DNA of 56,952 bases, counting the filler, from Platydemus manokwari (taxonomy: Eukaryota), in NCBI GenBank assembly GCA_037951405.1. It is 5 parts of 5 records of this genome, joined end to end, with 100 filler letters (N's around TTAATTAATTAA, not from the genome) between each part and the next. Parts side by side here need not be neighbours in the genome. Positions count along the whole stretch, not along the records: positions 9,803 to 19,387 come from JBBMOY011228876.1; positions 19,488 to 34,636 come from JBBMOY011334761.1; 3 more parts are not named here. One strand, written 5' to 3'. Shown here piece by piece: positions 12,741 through 23,726 of the stretch. Each line of letters opens with the position of its first letter. The stretch's first letter is position 1. Made by a program: the position numbers and the translations under genes. The notes below the pieces were generated by a model. It was given only the letters and a program-made list of their open reading frames with translations. It had not been told where the DNA came from and made no database searches.

Positions 12741-13289
12741 ATGACAAACAATTCTAGTGATAATTTTAATATGGGTGAAGGCAATTATACTCCACCTAAT
12801 ACTGTGCCTAAGCCCATTATTAACATGGCTGATTTGAAAAGAAAATATCGCAGTAATACGCGGCCATGGCGTTCCATAAGGCATCGAACACGAAGTGTAT
12901 ACCCCCTCTTAATAAATCCTCATTCGGGGTCCTTAAGTAATAATAGACGCGAAAATATCATAAAGAACACAGTAAAAGTATGTTGTGTGTACTGAGTACT
13001 CAATTGCGGATTTTTCACAATGCAATTAAGTAATAAATTTGCTTTTGATGATTTCATAGACAAAAATTGTGCCAGTGAAGAAGAAATTATGTTAGATATC
13101 AGAAATGCCGATTATATGAAATTAACATGTGAATCATCTCCATGCATTAAAATACCTCAGAAGCACAAACAAAAAGTTAAAATGAATCCAATGCCCATAT
13201 TTCTAACTAATAATCAATCTATATGAAAGTACACTTCAGAAGTTAGGCAACACCTTTTAAATCGTTCAATATATATTCATTGCGTATAA
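12741..13289 (+). pseudogene. Parvovirus NS1 / papillomavirus E1-like SF3 helicase pseudogene
   Basis: One frame broken by two TGA codons. Ruined Walker A at about 12926-12950 (RGP/SNNRR), then NKFAFDDFIDKNCASEEE (Walker B), MKLTCESS...PQKHK (B'), PIFLTNNQSI* (motif C; stop where Trp is expected) and LLNRS (Arg finger). Confidence 0.8.
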
Positions 13290-13409
13290 AGTATTAATTT
13301 AAATGTACCTTTTAATATATAAACATTTATTTATCAATGTAAAAATGTCATTGTTAAAACGCGTATTGAAATATGTGATTCAAACTTTAAAACATTTATT
13401 TAAAAACAA

Positions 13410-14480
13410 TTAACAATAAATAACATCGAGAAGATGCTCGACAATTTTCATTAGGATCAGAATCTGCATCCGTCTGAGTATCGATATCAATATTCGCTAC
13501 ACCTGTTTATTTTATTTTCTTATTAAAAGCACTTTAGTCTCATAAATCGTGAAGTATGAATAGCTTCATGTTCCAATAGAGTTGGAATAATAGTTTTCTT
13601 TAGACATTCGGAACCATTACAATTTTTCAATAAAACTTATCCTTCAGCTACTTCTTGTGAACTGGACACATTATGAGCATTGAGAGAGATTTATTATGAT
13701 GTTCCTGTGTAGATTTATTAACATTTAATAATTTAATGCCAGAAAGAAATTGGGGAGACTCTTGAGTAACTTTATTTATATTAAAGGTTTCCCTCAATAT
13801 TTTACCAGATTCATTTCCTTTTCTCAACCATCCTCTTCTCACATAATTCAAATCTTTATTAGGCGTGTATAAATTATCAAACAGTTGCTTTTGAAAATTA
13901 TTTTCTCTATCCTCTAATGTATGATCAAATAGTTTCTGGTTGAATGGTGGATTAATAATCTTCTATTAATGGCGTCAACTAAATCGGGATGATTTTCTCC
14001 ATGATGTAGGTATTCTAAGCTGTTCAAACATATAATTCTGGGCATTTCGGCTGGTATATATCCGAAACCATATATGACATCTATGCCATGTTCAAAAGAA
14101 TAATCTATCAATGATAATAACTTGTGACCTACATCAATTATTAATAATAATAAAATTACAATATAAATTATCAGATAACCTTGATAAATCTAAGTCATCT
14201 ATTACAATACCAACACATAGTTCTGGATCATCACTAATCCTAGAAAAATTTTGATAATTTGTTTTATGAACTGGATGTTTGAAATGGCTTAATGCGAAAT
14301 TCGTTTTGCCAATACCACTTGGCCCAACAAAGACACGAGTCTTCTGATCCCAAACATCAACATGTCCAACTTTAAAAATTTTATGTTGCGCTTCATTAGT
14401 AACGCCAAATTCAGTATCAAAGCTTTCTTGTAATAATTTTCGTTTCAGGAAATACATTTCTGGTATGTTTTGCTTAAACT
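13410..14480 (-). pseudogene. CRESS-DNA-virus Rep-like SF3 helicase pseudogene (HUH nuclease domain absent)
   Basis: VFVGPSGIGKTNFALSHFKHP (Walker A, 14325-14302), GIVIDD (Walker B), IPAEMPRIICLN (motif C) and DAINRR (Arg finger). Frames are joined by a putative 43-nt intron and a frameshift near 13940, followed by a decayed C-terminal tail. Confidence 0.88.
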
Positions 14481-16095
14481 GAAAATATAGGACAATTTGC
14501 TCCAATATCAACAGAATATCTAATAAATAAGTAAATCCAAGACAATGTTGGATGAAAAGAAGTTTTTTCGTCCTTTATTCAAGAATATAGAGCCGAAATG
14601 GACAATTTATTCAAAAATTTTACAAATTATCACGATAATAATAGTAGTGATTTTGAAAAGTTAAATAATAAAAATTAATTAAAAAATAATTTTGAAAAGT
14701 ATAATTGAAAATTGAAACAATTCAAGTACTAGAATTATAACTTGTAATAGATATTCTAACATGTCTATTTTTATTTTTATAGTAAAAATCCCCAGTGAAA
14801 TATTTCATTTTACATTCATCGAAATACTATTAATCGTCCAAATCACAAATTGCAGTGTAATCACAGTGCAATTATAACAAATCGATCAACTGTAAAATCG
14901 ATAGCCTTGTTAGAAATGGTTTGAATTGTAAAATGAATTTAAATATTCGAATTTGAAATCTCACTTCTCAAGCATACGAGAACATCATTTCATTGAACGA
15001 AATCAGATAGACAAACTAAACAACGATCCTGTAATTATGCACTGGTAAATGTTAAATATGAACCTTTTTCGGCAAAACTTAATGAACATCTATACCAAAA
15101 ATATTACTTATCCTGAATGTTTTAAGGTTTTGTTGATTTAAGCATTGATAATATCAATAGATCGATGTTATTGTCAACTAGGACTATGAACTCGAAACTA
15201 CTATTTGAAAATTAATAAAAATTCATTTTAATTTAACATAAATTTTAATGGATTTTTAAGAGTAAATAATGTAATACTTTCATTTCATGGGGTTGTTTAT
15301 CATCATATTCAAATCATTAAATTTAAAATAATCCACATTAAATAAAAAATATCTATATATTATTTACTTTTGTTACTTCTCGATTACATTTACACTTCTT
15401 TCATTCAAGTTCTGTGTTGATGCTAATTAGATTAAATAGTACAGGTATGAAAGTTATATAACATACTAGCATTAGTCCAATTATCATTAGAATCATTTCG
15501 TGCTTCTTCAATATTAATATAATTCGTTTTTTCAACTTTTGTTCAAAGTTAAAATTTTAAGCCATTATTCTTTTTTAGAGTATATAAACAAAAAATGTAT
15601 TTATAAAAGAAAAGGCAATAAAAATATTAAAATGATTTCAACAAATTTTCATTGAAATAATTCATTAATTTGATAAATATTTTGTCAGAATGACTTTTTT
15701 CTTTCATTGAAAGTAAAAATTAGTTTATAAATGAAGAATAAAGTAAATATTTAAAGCTCAGATTAAACTGTTAATTTTTCTACGTCACATTTCAGGAATT
15801 CGAAATAAAATTAGAAAAAGATTTATTTCATTACAAATTTTAAGAATTAATTTACATACAACTCGTTTTCCCAATGATGTTCGTTTAATTTAACTATCAT
15901 TTTCTTGATCTACCAAAATTTGTACTGTTAGGATTCAAAATTTCGGATATCAGCTTTACTAAGAAAAATTCAAAATGAATGAATTAGATTTTAAAACATT
16001 GAAAAAAATAATTATATTTTTAGGTATTTTTAAGAGTAATTTTCAAAGCATATAGTTTCAATTTTAAGCAAAACCAATCTTAATTCTTTAAAATA

Positions 16096-16790
16096 TTGAT
16101 TTTAATTGATATCAATTCTTCGCCATTACTACTTGATATGACCTTCGCAAATGAACCAGAATTCCCTCAAATCATACTTGTGAAGACAATATTTGGAGTT
16201 ATGGAAAATTTCATTCCTGGAACATTTATTGGTCAGATCAGACTAGTAAGAAATTGCACGAGAGGATTTATTAGATATTCAATTTTTGATGGACTAAATA
16301 AAATTCTGGATTTCCTTCATGAAAACACGGTGAAAATATTTGTCGGTTTCTGAGATTATTGATCGAGAAAAAGTTGATACCATAATTTTGTTGACTCAAT
16401 CCATCTGTCAAGTATGCAATGCTAGAAGTTACCAGAAGGTTTTGTTTTAAAAATAAAGACTGGATTTGATAATGTGTGTTAGATAACAATATATGTCGAA
16501 CATGTCGACGATAACCAACCATTGTTTGTTCAAAGAACTTAACTAGCCTTTCTAAACGAAGGTCAACCACCAAGAACACCAGTTATTCGAACTATGGTTA
16601 ACGATACTGATATCGATATAAAAAAGTGGAATATTTCATAGAGTTTTATTCCTTTCAAGAAGAATTCTCCATTGATTCCAATCGAGATGTGAAGACAAAC
16701 ATACCTTTGAATTTCCATACAAAGTCAAGGTATAATCTTGTGATGAGAGCGACTTCAAAGTCGTTACCACTTATTTTCATCGAATGCAGG
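16096..16790 (+). pseudogene. Cadherin-repeat pseudogene fragment (about 2 ectodomain repeats)
   Basis: DIN...PEF, VMENFIPGTFIGQI, IRYSI and IIDREK, then VNDTDID and FSIDSNRDVKTNIPLNFHTKSRYNLVMRATSKSLP. Frameshifts and stops are present. Confidence 0.7.
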
Positions 16791-17049
16791 TAATGTTTGT
16801 AACTTCTACTTTAAATGAAGATACTTTGATTTAGATTGACAGTTTACGTCATTAATATCAATGGTGATAAATAAATTCAGTTAAAAATTTAGAAATTAAC
16901 TAAGAATTAAAAGATTTATCTCATTATTATCATAACCAAATTGGCAATCCGGTGGCATTTGGTTGACAGTAATTAGAGCAATTGACTATTTAAAATGAAC
17001 AAATGGACATTATTAGAGTTTGAGTTGGATGGTGATAACGCCTGCATTC

Positions 17050-17900
17050 GGATGAATGATGCTGTTTGCCATAAGCAAGTCACTGGAGGCGTCAAGTGAC
17101 ATATACTCTCCATCTTTCTCTTGTGGAATCATTTTTGCGCAAATGGCTGCAAATTGGCAACTCAAGCTCACTAGGCAAGGTCATTAACAATAATATGAAC
17201 GTTAATTAAATTGTGTGGAACGGTCAAAAAACAGGCTTTGCTTGGCGTTTCATACATCGAGCTAGGCCTAACATCCTGTCTTTGAATGCTAAAACCTATG
17301 TAAAATACCCTCTAAATCGGCGATGTCGTCGATGCTTTGCCAACGAAGAGTCATTAACACATGTGCTGCAATCGTGTGTGTCATGTATGACACTCATAAT
17401 CCAAAGGCATAATAAATATTTAAGAAATCAGTTCACCAGTTTATCAACTCACATGATCTAATGATGAATGTAAACGAAACGATGCTATATCTTAGAGGGT
17501 GTGATACCGTCTCTAAACTGAGATTCGAACTTTATATCGGAAATTTCATGAGCAAACGTATCTATCTAGCCTGTGTTAAATGTTCACTGGATATCGATAG
17601 ATAAAAGGCTCATGCGGATGAAAAGAACTTAGAACACTTTGCCCCGTTTTGTGACGTGATCAAACGGCATAAGCCCCATTATACTGTAAATATTCACACA
17701 ATTGTGGTAGGATCGTCAGGCTCGATTCCTCAAAAAACTCTGAATGTGCAGAAAATTATTGGCATTTCGGATGTCGATATAAAGATCCTTGAAAACCGCT
17801 GTCAGCCTCATACATACGGCAATTTGCTCGGATCTGGGACCACTATCAAATGGGGTTTTTTTAAGAGTCAGATCTGCAAATTGGAGGAAATTCCCAAATT
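17050..17900 (+). mobile_element. Second decayed RLE-type non-LTR retrotransposon (3' part)
   Basis: AWRFIHRARPNIL (NeSL/Utopia-type motif), CRRCFANEESLTHVLQSC...RHN, RFEL...IYLACVKC and IVVGSSGSIP. Confidence 0.85.
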
Positions 17901-19636
17901 AACGGAAGTGAGTTAGTTAAACGTATACATTGCAAAAGGTTACTATCAATCTCACTAGGCAATGATGGAAATCCCAATGACCAAAAATGTGGCATCCATG
18001 GACTCCAATGTATTATAGGCGATGCCATACTCTCCCAATGCTGATATAGCCTTAGTGCTAAAACCATAAGCGTTGGATAAGATCCAGTAGTCAGTTAAGT
18101 AAGCAATTTGGCTTCTCAAATAATTCAACCATAAATACCAAATGTTTGAAACAAAGGATTGTATTTTGATAATCTCATTTATTCATTTTCTGGATTTATT
18201 TTCTTTAGATGAACAAAAATATAGGATTTAAAGCATTCGTGAAACCCAGTTGACCGAGCCCAATGTTGTGAAACAACCGAACAACCAAACTACATAACTG
18301 ACAGGTGGGAAAAACTATACTCGATTCTAAGGTAAAAATTATTTAGGTACTATTCTTATGGGGTTTTAAATGGCGAAAATGCAAATAGCAATCGTGTGCG
18401 CAGTATAAAAATAAATATTTTTTCTATGAATAAATGTTAAGCTGAAAGTGAATTTAGATGCTTGATTTTAATTGTATCTGGATTTCTAAATATAACTATA
18501 ACTACTATGTTAAAACGTAATATTTTAAAAAATAGGTAAACTAAAAAATTGATCGCATAAATGGAAACTGGTTTCTTCATAATTCTTTATTCATGTTGAA
18601 ATAGTTTTGAAAAATATTTGAAACAATTTAATTATATATCACAATATATCATTTAAAGTCATTTTCTAACTTTATCGAATTATAGTAAAGTATATTGAGT
18701 ATAAAATTTTTATTAGTTTCAGTGTAATAGGATTAAGTATTGAATATACTATATAGTTAATTTAAAAATTGTTAATGAGTCTTGAATATGTTTATATAAT
18801 AATAACGAAAACATTTATCATTAATATCAAAATTTAAGGTATGAAATATGAAATTGAAATACTTAAAAATTTTAATTCGATATTTTTAAAAATTTTCTTA
18901 TTTACATAAAGATACCGCCAAAATTAAAGTTTTGACAACTTAGAACTTTATGGACATGTTGGTCGATATTTCATTATAAATTATCTTTAATTTGACGTAG
19001 CTACAATCGTTCAATACGTTTTGTTAAAATAAGATAGTATTCCATTTAAATACAGTAGAAAGCCTTGGTTAGAGTATAATTTACTTACATTCTCAAACAC
19101 ATATACTTATATCAGCTCAACTATATTGGATACACAAACGGAGAAGTTTAGTTGATAATATTGTGCTTAATCATAACTAATGTTTACCTTTCTTATATTG
19201 ATACTATTTCATTATTATCTATCTGTCAATAATGATTGAAGTTAAGTTATTTTTAAAGAAATGCCTGTGTTATTTAGTTATTAATTCTAAATTCCTGTCA
19301 TTTTCTTAAGCAAGATTGAAAGAAACGATGTTGTTCTAAAATAAAAATAATAATATTACCACAATATAATAAAATATAAAAACAATANNNNNNNNNNNNN
19401 NNNNNNNNNNNNNNNNNNNNNNNNNNNNNNNTTAATTAATTAANNNNNNNNNNNNNNNNNNNNNNNNNNNNNNNNNNNNNNNNNNNNATATATATATATA
19501 TATATTACAAAAATGTTTATAATTAAATAAATATTTTATTATTTTATAAAATTTTCGATTATTAGAAATGATAAAAATTCAATTTATCAATCCCATAGAG
19601 ATTGAATCCATTAGGGATACTAGAGCCAACAAGATA

Positions 19637-19652
19637 TAGGGTTAGGGTTAGG
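19637..19652 (+). repeat. Short interstitial (TTAGGG)n
   Basis: TAGGGTTAGGGTTAGG. Confidence 0.6.
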
Positions 19653-19659
19653 AATGATA

Positions 19660-20340
19660 TACGAGAGATGGATATAAATAAAAAGTAGGAAATCACCAAC
19701 AAAAAATTTTGAAAAAAAGGAAAAATTACTGTTGAAAGACAGAGGAAAGAAAATTGGAATGAAAAATTGGAAAGATATGAGAAAATAGGAAAAGAGAATA
19801 AAGAATAAAAGAAACTAGATCAAAGAGACAAAGAAAAAATTACAACATCCTAAAGTAAGTTCATAAACAATTTTAGATAAAAAGATACCAAAAATCATTC
19901 TAATATAACAAATAAAGGATATAATAAAAGATCTAAAAACTAACAAAGAAGGAACCGACAAAGAAATACAAGAAGTAATAAATACGACTTAGATAGACAT
20001 CGAAATCATTAACTAAGAGTTATCAATAATAACATGAGATCAAATGAAAGATCTATTTTTTAAACCCATCAGAGGATCGGTGCTGGAACGTTCACTTATT
20101 CCCATAAAATAAAGTGACAGGATGTAACTTTGAAGAGCTCTACACAAAAAGAGAAAGTCAGTTTATGTAGCAAAAAAGCCAGCAGGACTCATTTTAATCA
20201 ACCTAGAAAGATGTATAGTTATAAACTACCGGTAGAGCGGAATCAATACAAAAGGTATGCAACTTAATAGACCGAAGATCAAGTGAACTACGTTTAAGAA
20301 GAAATAAGAAGAACCAGAGAGTTTTTGGAGAGATGGGTAA
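19660..20340 (+). mobile_element. Decayed non-LTR RT remnant
   Basis: A-rich sense strand with FKPIRGSVL (G-x-x-Q-GS-x-L motif with a deletion) and GMQLNRPK. Confidence 0.5.
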
Positions 20341-20749
20341 CGAGTCTGGATGGATGAGATTTCGTATATTATAAATAAAGTATTAACAATTATGTACTAT
20401 ATCTGTTAATGGTATTCTTATTAGTGCCTTATTTAATTCAAAGTCTGAAAAGATAACTTTGGTACTGTTTTTAACAGTCTCAAACTCAGATAGGATAAAA
20501 ATATGACTTATTTTTAAAAATTTTCAATTTTCTTCCATACAATATGACTAAGTAAAATAAAAAGTGATCTAATTCTAAAATTAGATTAAATTAAATATAT
20601 AAATAAAACATAATTTTAAATAGTTATGACTAGTAATAAATAATTTCTAAAACTAAAGTAGTATCAAATAAATCCAAAATATAAAAACATTAATAAAAGG
20701 CGAGAACAATGAAAATCTAATCAAAATAAATACATATGCAAAAAAGTAA

Positions 20750-21110
20750 ACTTTGCGGTAAACCATTTCTGATTATGTATTTATGTCGTTTCCTTGCAAA
20801 GTTAACTTATAAACGAACATTGTATTTAATCCATTTAAAGATTCTCAGATCCCATTTCTTTAAAGTCTTTGAGTTTTTTGTATTCTTAATTGTTTCTGTA
20901 TTGAATACTCGATATATTTATCTACATATAAATACCTAATTATTCTAAATTATTTATATCCGTTTCTTGTATATACTTCATATATTCTCTATGTGTTCTC
21001 AATATTTTCCTCCTTCTTTTCTATTATTTTCAGTCACTGATCTAATCCGAATTGAATCCAGATACCTGGTCGCCATGTAAGCAGCTACTATTTCATAAAG
21101 CATGCATTCA
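20750..21110 (-). mobile_element. Probable LINE RT C-terminal remnant
   Basis: A-rich minus strand with IRYLYV (cf. YLG motif). Heavily decayed. Confidence 0.3.
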
Positions 21111-23726
21111 AACAAACTGAAAAGACACGACACCAAATTATATATCAAATCTTTAAAAGATTTAATTTATTTAAAAATTCTCGCCAACATTATTGTATAT
21201 AATCGAATTTTATTTTGGATTTTATTATCTTTATTATACATTTAATATCATTTATTTAGTTGTTTTACTTAATCTGAATCTAAAATTTTGATAATTTCTA
21301 AATAGTAACTGTATCCATTGGAGTCATATTTTAGTTAGTTCTATTTTTATAATAAATCTACAAATTCAAAATCATAACAACTCATTAATCTTCACATTTT
21401 TTGAGCTCTTCAGATTTATAAATTTAAAGTGAAAATCATATAACCCACGACAACACAATGGTATAGTATTTCTCAAATCCTTCAAATGTAAATTTATTGG
21501 AGAAATAATAAAAATAAGAATGTTTTGTAAAAAGTAAAGAATTTAGCCCACTTTTCATGCGCAATCAGCAAGCAATACAAATGATAATAATAAAAGGAAA
21601 TTGTCCGAAAAAAAATAATTAATCTGGAATTTGATTTTAAGCCTGAAGAAACCATTGAAATAATTCGAGATTATTTAATAAAATTTTAAATAACCAATAG
21701 AATAACATTTTTATAAAAACAAACAAAAAGAAGTGGGATTCTACCACGAAATACACTGATGCTAAAATTAGTATAATCAGAACAAACTTTGGAAGCCCAA
21801 GTAAAAGCAAAGCAGAAAACACTTCCTTATAAGTTAACCTTTCTACAAAACCATTTACATCTAAAGAATAATAAATAAGTAATAAAAGGAATTGAAATAA
21901 AACGAAGTCGTTAACTAAAGAGTATAATTGATATAACGGTTTCTTAAATTACAAATTCTACTGAACTTCAAAGAATTTCAATTAGCTATATCATAAAATC
22001 AATAATACAAAGCTACAGAGTGCAAGGTCTAACTGGTAGTCGTGATATCTAGAAGCCGTCCACCGTAATTGTTAAAATCAGTATCTTGAACGAGGTAGTG
22101 TGAGAGTATCATTGTATCACAATTAATTTAATTTAAATATATTAAAAAACCAGTAAACAAAAGTTTTATCAATTTTTGTGATGATTTGAAATTGGTAGAT
22201 TAATAACGAGGTTTTGACCAATCAAATTGTTGTACAGAACTTAGAAGTCACATATTTTATTTTAAGACCATTCTTGAAAAAAACCACAACCAAATAGTAT
22301 GCTGTGGTTAAACCGTCTCTAAATACTATTCCTTCTCTCGTAGCATCACTTGTATTTACTCACACTATGCATTCTTTAACCCATGTAGGCCGCTACTATT
22401 CTAAAAACCGTGACATCAAATTATATTTAAATAAAAATATTAAACAAATTAATTTGATTTTATACAGAATTAAATCTTTAAAATTTTTCATTCAATTTAA
22501 AATGCTCACAACCCATATGAGAGTTCGATGTTTAAATTGAAGCTGTTTGTTGATTGAAGAAAACACTAATCGATTAACATTACACTCCAGTATCTCACAA
22601 AAATGTCATAAATTATACAGAAACAAGAACTGATTAGAGAACATTTGACCCGGTAAGCACTTTTAATTATTTAATATTGATTTTAAATAATATTGTTGTC
22701 AAATAAAATAAGGCTTTCAAAGATCAACTGATATTTATATTTTGATTACAGATAATTATGATTAGTTATGGTATCGTGGCTAATGGTGTACCACCGTTAT
22801 ATATTATTCATATATTACCATCGTATTTATAAATCTTTCATTATCATCATAATGATACATCATTATCATTATATATAATCACAACTAATAAAATTGATAA
22901 AAATTTGTATACGTATAATGATAATATATAATTATAATGAATGGTTTTTAAATGGTATCCAAAGATAATATAAAATCAAGATCATTATAAGATATAAAAT
23001 ATCACATATATGGATTGAATATAGAAATAATCCATTTATAAACGTTTACATAAATAATTCAATACGTACATAAATGCCAATCATCAAATTCAGTTCATAT
23101 CTAATAAAGTGTGTTTACTGAACAATCAATACATTGATTTATTGAACTATTGTACTATGAACAGTCCTTCCTCTCACCTCCTCCCATGTATTCATTCATT
23201 AAAGGAGTAGATTGTGGTAATAAATAACATTTTATTAATGATATAATAAAATTCAAACAATTTGTTCTCGAAAGAGAATGAAATCAAAAATCACCGGATA
23301 ACAAAAAACCACTAATTTTCTGAGCTCTTATCATACTAAATAAAATATATATACGAATGAATAAAAAATAGATAGAAGTGATTCACGCAGTCAAAGTAAC
23401 AGTAATAAAATGTTGACAAAATAAAAATAGCGCAATTTTTGACAACATATAAACAAATATATCAATGACAAAATAGGAAACATTTTTAGTAACGATATTT
23501 ATAGCTGCAAAATAATATTATCGCTGCTGTGATTGCTACAAGAGGAATTGGAATGAATTATTATTAATAATTACCATTTCATAATGCAAATATTCACCAC
23601 TAGCAAAAATGTGCAGCAGCACACATGATAATCAATTGAATTCAACACAAGCACTCCAAAATCGACAATGATTTATTGAAAAATAATCTAAAAATCATAT
23701 CAGGCAAGCACATAATAATTAATTGA

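Larger units (their letters stand above)
12600..14480. mobile_element. Endogenous virus-like element with two convergent SF3 helicase genes (PEVE-like)
   Basis: An NS1/E1-type helicase on the + strand and a CRESS-Rep-type helicase on the - strand end head-to-head at about 13290-13410. Boundaries are approximate. Confidence 0.8.

Noticed and set aside
12993-13226. Both in-frame stops in the NS1/E1-like gene are TGA, one at an expected Trp, hinting at TGA=Trp recoding
   Set aside because: Walker A is also destroyed and the partner gene is frameshifted. The element uses TGG for Trp elsewhere. Ordinary decay explains it.
18030-18080. Hammerhead-like arrangement after the second RLE copy (CCAATG/CGTTGG stem, CTGATAT, AGC/GCT stem, AAAAC)
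   Set aside because: At least three essential core positions deviate and there is no valid cleavage triplet.
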